Shown here: in pieces, positions 15,603 to 17,638 of the stretch
Layout: the number at the start of each line of letters is the position of its first letter
Position numbering within the stretch: position 1 is the stretch's first letter
Assembly: GCA_964549355.1 (NCBI GenBank)
Contig: CAZJUS010000017.1
Span: 1 to 17,638 of the forward strand
Direction of reading: 5' to 3'
DNA: 17,638 nucleotides
Origin: Candidatus Undinarchaeota archaeon
GTDB taxonomy: Archaea; SpSt-1190
The notes under the pieces: generated by a model
Told to the model about the DNA's origin: nothing
The model's database searches: none
What the model saw: only the letters and a program-made list of their open reading frames with translations
Position numbers and translations under genes: made by a program

Positions 15603-16286
15603 CTAAGCGTGCTTTATGAGGTAATCGGAAAGGCCGTGGAGCCTCAGGATGCTGGGCCGGCCGGCCCCTCCTTTCTTGAAGACCCCTTTGTTTTCCCTGC
15701 TGAGGGTCACAATCAGACAGTCTTTGATTTCCGGATGCCTCTGGAGGACCCCCTGCTCCCTGAGCCTGCCGAAAATCCGGAGCCCCTGGGCCTCGGCCTC
15801 CTCATCAGTCTCCCCTGCAGCAAAAGCAGTGAGGATGCGCTTCCCCTTTGGGCTGACTGCAATGAAGCCTGCGCGGGAAAGCTCGCCCAGATTGATCTGG
15901 TAGGCGTTGCTTATGCTCCATCGGTTCCTGCCCAGAAGCCAGACAAACAAAAATTCGCCCGGGAGGCGGTTCCAGGTGAGGTTGCCCAGGAGCACCTGCT
16001 CCAAGGCGGAGGAATAGCTGAAGATGCCGGGGCTCAGCAGCTGCTCCAGCTCCTTCCGCAGCTCCTTCGGCTTCGCCATCAAATCCAAAAGGTTGTTCTC
16101 CGGGGTTGCGTCGTCCTGCATGGCCTTGGCGAAGCTCTTGCCAATCACATGAGTCGGGACCACCGCCTGCTGGGACAGCCAGTTCAGAGTCTCAAGCAGA
16201 GTCTTCGGCCTCTCGCCGTCGCCACCCACCATGAGATACTCCATGGCATTGACAATTGCAGCGGATGATGCAGGGTCCAGGGCCAC
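15603..16286 (-). CDS. Hypothetical protein (227 aa), possible winged-helix segment
   Basis: Long ORF; start reassigned to GTG 16286, which has a GGAGGT SD-like motif and a CTTAAAAA box at -28..-21. The ORF-track extension to 16541 is antisense to the acidic peptide. Confidence 0.7.
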   Translation of the reverse strand: MALDPASSAAIVNAMEYLMVGGDGERPKTLLETLNWLSQQAVVPTHVIGKSFAKAMQDDATPENNLLDLMAKPKELRKELEQLLSPGIFSYSSALEQVLLGNLTWNRLPGEFLFVWLLGRNRWSISNAYQINLGELSRAGFIAVSPKGKRILTAFAAGETDEEAEAQGLRIFGRLREQGVLQRHPEIKDCLIVTLSRENKGVFKKGGAGRPSILRLHGLSDYLIKHA

Positions 16287-16303
16287 ATAAACCTCCGCCA
16301 GGG

Positions 16304-16351
16304 TTGTTTTTAAGCTTGTAGTCTTTTTTTCAGGACTACATTTGTTTTTAA
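16304..16351. promoter_or_regulatory. Divergent promoter region: 10-bp direct repeats flanking a 7-bp inverted repeat
   Basis: TTGTTTTTAA at 16304-16313 and 16342-16351; TGTAGTC-N10-GACTACA at 16317-16340. Confidence 0.55.
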
Positions 16352-16388
16352 TTTCAATCGCCGTTGTCTGGCAACAGGAGGCTTTCCT

Positions 16389-16499
16389 ATGAAATGGGAA
16401 GACGACGTCCAGGAAAAATGGTCCATCGACCCAGATGACGATTGGGACGAGGATGACGGCTGGGACGATGACGACAGCGACTGGGATGATGAAGAGTGA
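16389..16499 (+). CDS. 36-aa highly acidic Asp/Trp-rich micro-protein
   Basis: MKWEDDVQEKWSIDPDDDWDEDDGWDDDDSDWDDEE; AGGAGG SD at 16376-16381, 7 nt before the ATG; TATA-like box upstream; hairpin plus T-tract downstream. Confidence 0.7.
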   Translation: MKWEDDVQEKWSIDPDDDWDEDDGWDDDDSDWDDEE

Positions 16500-16546
16500 A
16501 ACCCGCTCTTCGACCAGTCTTCCGCCGGGCATACTCGGCAAATGGT

Positions 16547-16570
16547 GGCCCTCCGGGGCCTCTTATTTTT
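16547..16570 (+). terminator. Hairpin + T-rich tract after the acidic peptide gene
   Basis: GGCCC-TCCG-GGGCC followed by TCTTATTTTT. Confidence 0.5.
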
Positions 16571-16620
16571 ATAATTTACTTTCTAGTAACAAATTTAAAT
16601 CACAAATTCCAGATTTTCAT

Positions 16621-17400
16621 GTGCCGACTGACGAAAGCAGAGCAAGCAGCTTGAGTAATGACGGGGCCAGCTCCCAATACCTAAAGGATTTGATAGTCGC
16701 CCCTTTTTGGAAGGAAGGCTATGTCAAAAATCTGCTGGAGCATTTTGAGTCGGCAGAAGAGCTAACACTCACGCGCACAGACAGAAGCGCCTGGAAGGTC
16801 AAATTCAGGAACGGAAGAGAGGCCGTCCTGGTGCACACCAGTCCGGGATGCTTCAACGCGGGCCTCCTGATAGATTCAATAAAAGACTCCCGGGTGGAAA
16901 GGGTGTATCTCACAGGCTTCATTGGAGGGGCCGGGGACGGCGAAGTCGGGGACCTGCTCATCCCATACGGCTTCCGGGCTTCGGACGGCGTCTCGCAACA
17001 GCTTGCCAAAGGCGACGCGCAGGACATCAGGACCAGGGAGCATTATTACTTAGACTACAGCAGCCAGGAAGCAGTCAAAAAAATAGCAGATGAGCTGGGA
17101 ATTGAATACAAAGAGGGCACCGTCGTGACTGTCGATGACCTAGAGCTTCAAGACCAAACCAAAACCAACTACCATGACATGGGTTTCGATGCCGAAGGCG
17201 CCCGTATAGAGGCCAAGCTGAAAAAGCTGAAGGAAGAGTCCGGAAAGGACATCCGGCTGTATGCAGTCCTCGGCATCTCCGACAAAACAGAGGAAGGGGT
17301 GCTCCCCCCGGACACCAACGAGCTTACGGAAAAAGAAAAGGAGATTATCCGGAAGCAATACCAGATTATTGAGGGGTTGGTCGCCCAGTACAATTCCTGA
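16621..17400 (+). CDS. Divergent nucleoside phosphorylase/nucleosidase (PNP_UDP_1-fold) protein
   Basis: LTGFIGG, VGDLLIP, DGVS, GTVVTVD, FDAEGA, LGISD match the motif order of the PNP/UDP/MTAN fold. Start reassigned to GTG 16621 (ATTTAAAT at -28..-21). Confidence 0.7.
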   Translation: MPTDESRASSLSNDGASSQYLKDLIVAPFWKEGYVKNLLEHFESAEELTLTRTDRSAWKVKFRNGREAVLVHTSPGCFNAGLLIDSIKDSRVERVYLTGFIGGAGDGEVGDLLIPYGFRASDGVSQQLAKGDAQDIRTREHYYLDYSSQEAVKKIADELGIEYKEGTVVTVDDLELQDQTKTNYHDMGFDAEGARIEAKLKKLKEESGKDIRLYAVLGISDKTEEGVLPPDTNELTEKEKEIIRKQYQIIEGLVAQYNS

Positions 17401-17411
17401 CAATATCTTTT

Positions 17412-17583
17412 GCCGCGAAGCGAGCCGGCGACGACGGCTGTCCGGAGGACAGCCACCCTAGTCAACCAAGCTTTACGAAGTTCGACCACGTGGCCTGCCT
17501 CCGGCAGGCCGAATAATTTTAATCAAACTTTTCTGCGGAAAAGTTTGTTTTGGTCAAGGTTTTGCGCGAAGCGGAAAAGCTTG
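17412..17583. repeat. Cluster of palindromic hairpins, including two related tandem units abutting the tRNA 3' end
   Basis: Hairpins at 17412-17425, 17436-17454 (8-bp stem), 17492-17510 (8-bp stem), 17524-17547 (10-bp stem) and 17555-17583 (imperfect). Confidence 0.8.
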
Positions 17584-17638
17584 TGGGACCGCCGTGATTC
17601 GAACACGGGATTACCTGCACCCCAAGCAGGCGTCATAC
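17584..17638 (-). tRNA. tRNA-Pro(GGG), 5' end outside window; CCA not encoded
   Basis: Reverse strand: anticodon arm CCTGC-TTGGGGT-GCAGG, T arm CCGTG-TTCGAAT-CACGG, acceptor 3' strand CGGTCCC plus discriminator A. Confidence 0.95.

Noticed and set aside
16435..16620. N-terminal extension of the PNP-like ORF (MTIGTRMTAGTMTT...) and the 16287-16541 extension of the minus ORF
   Set aside because: These are other-frame or antisense readings of the acidic peptide gene and flanking intergenic DNA; better-supported starts are GTG 16621 and GTG 16286.
17401..17583. CRISPR array or DGR variable repeat
   Set aside because: Repeats are degenerate and lack regular spacers; no cas genes, reverse transcriptase or template/variable repeat pair in the window.
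15563..17638. Integrated element (provirus or island) at tRNA-Pro
   Set aside because: No integrase, and no duplicated tRNA 3' end (att site) seen near the left border; only the accessory character is supported.

Overview
Archaeal genomic DNA, most likely a DPANN lineage: it carries a single-chain fused PriS-PriL primase, an archaeal histone and archaeal-type ribosomal proteins. About 1-15.6 kb is densely packed housekeeping genes: ftsY (partial), prefoldin alpha, AK6, nop10, PAC2, aIF-1A, an NMP-kinase-fold protein, aIF-2alpha, S27e, L44e, GINS, primase, Sec61beta, a TctA-like protein, an MBL hydrolase, an A24 peptidase, histone, NFACT-R, SSB, a COG2509-like flavoprotein, dUTPase, NDK, L24e, S28e, L7Ae and a stand-alone Lrp ligand domain. 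The last 2 kb, next to a partial tRNA-Pro(GGG), is accessory. It holds an orphan possible wHTH protein, a divergently transcribed 36-aa Asp/Trp-rich micro-protein, a divergent nucleoside phosphorylase-fold gene and a cluster of palindromic hairpins. The ORF track missed five genes called here: ftsY, nop10, Sec61beta, L24e and the acidic peptide. Across the window, a TATA-like 8-mer sits at about -28..-21 from many start codons, mostly GTG. Three divergent gene pairs have start codons exactly 49 nt apart around one shared TATA box. All family calls come from motif recognition by eye; no searches were run.
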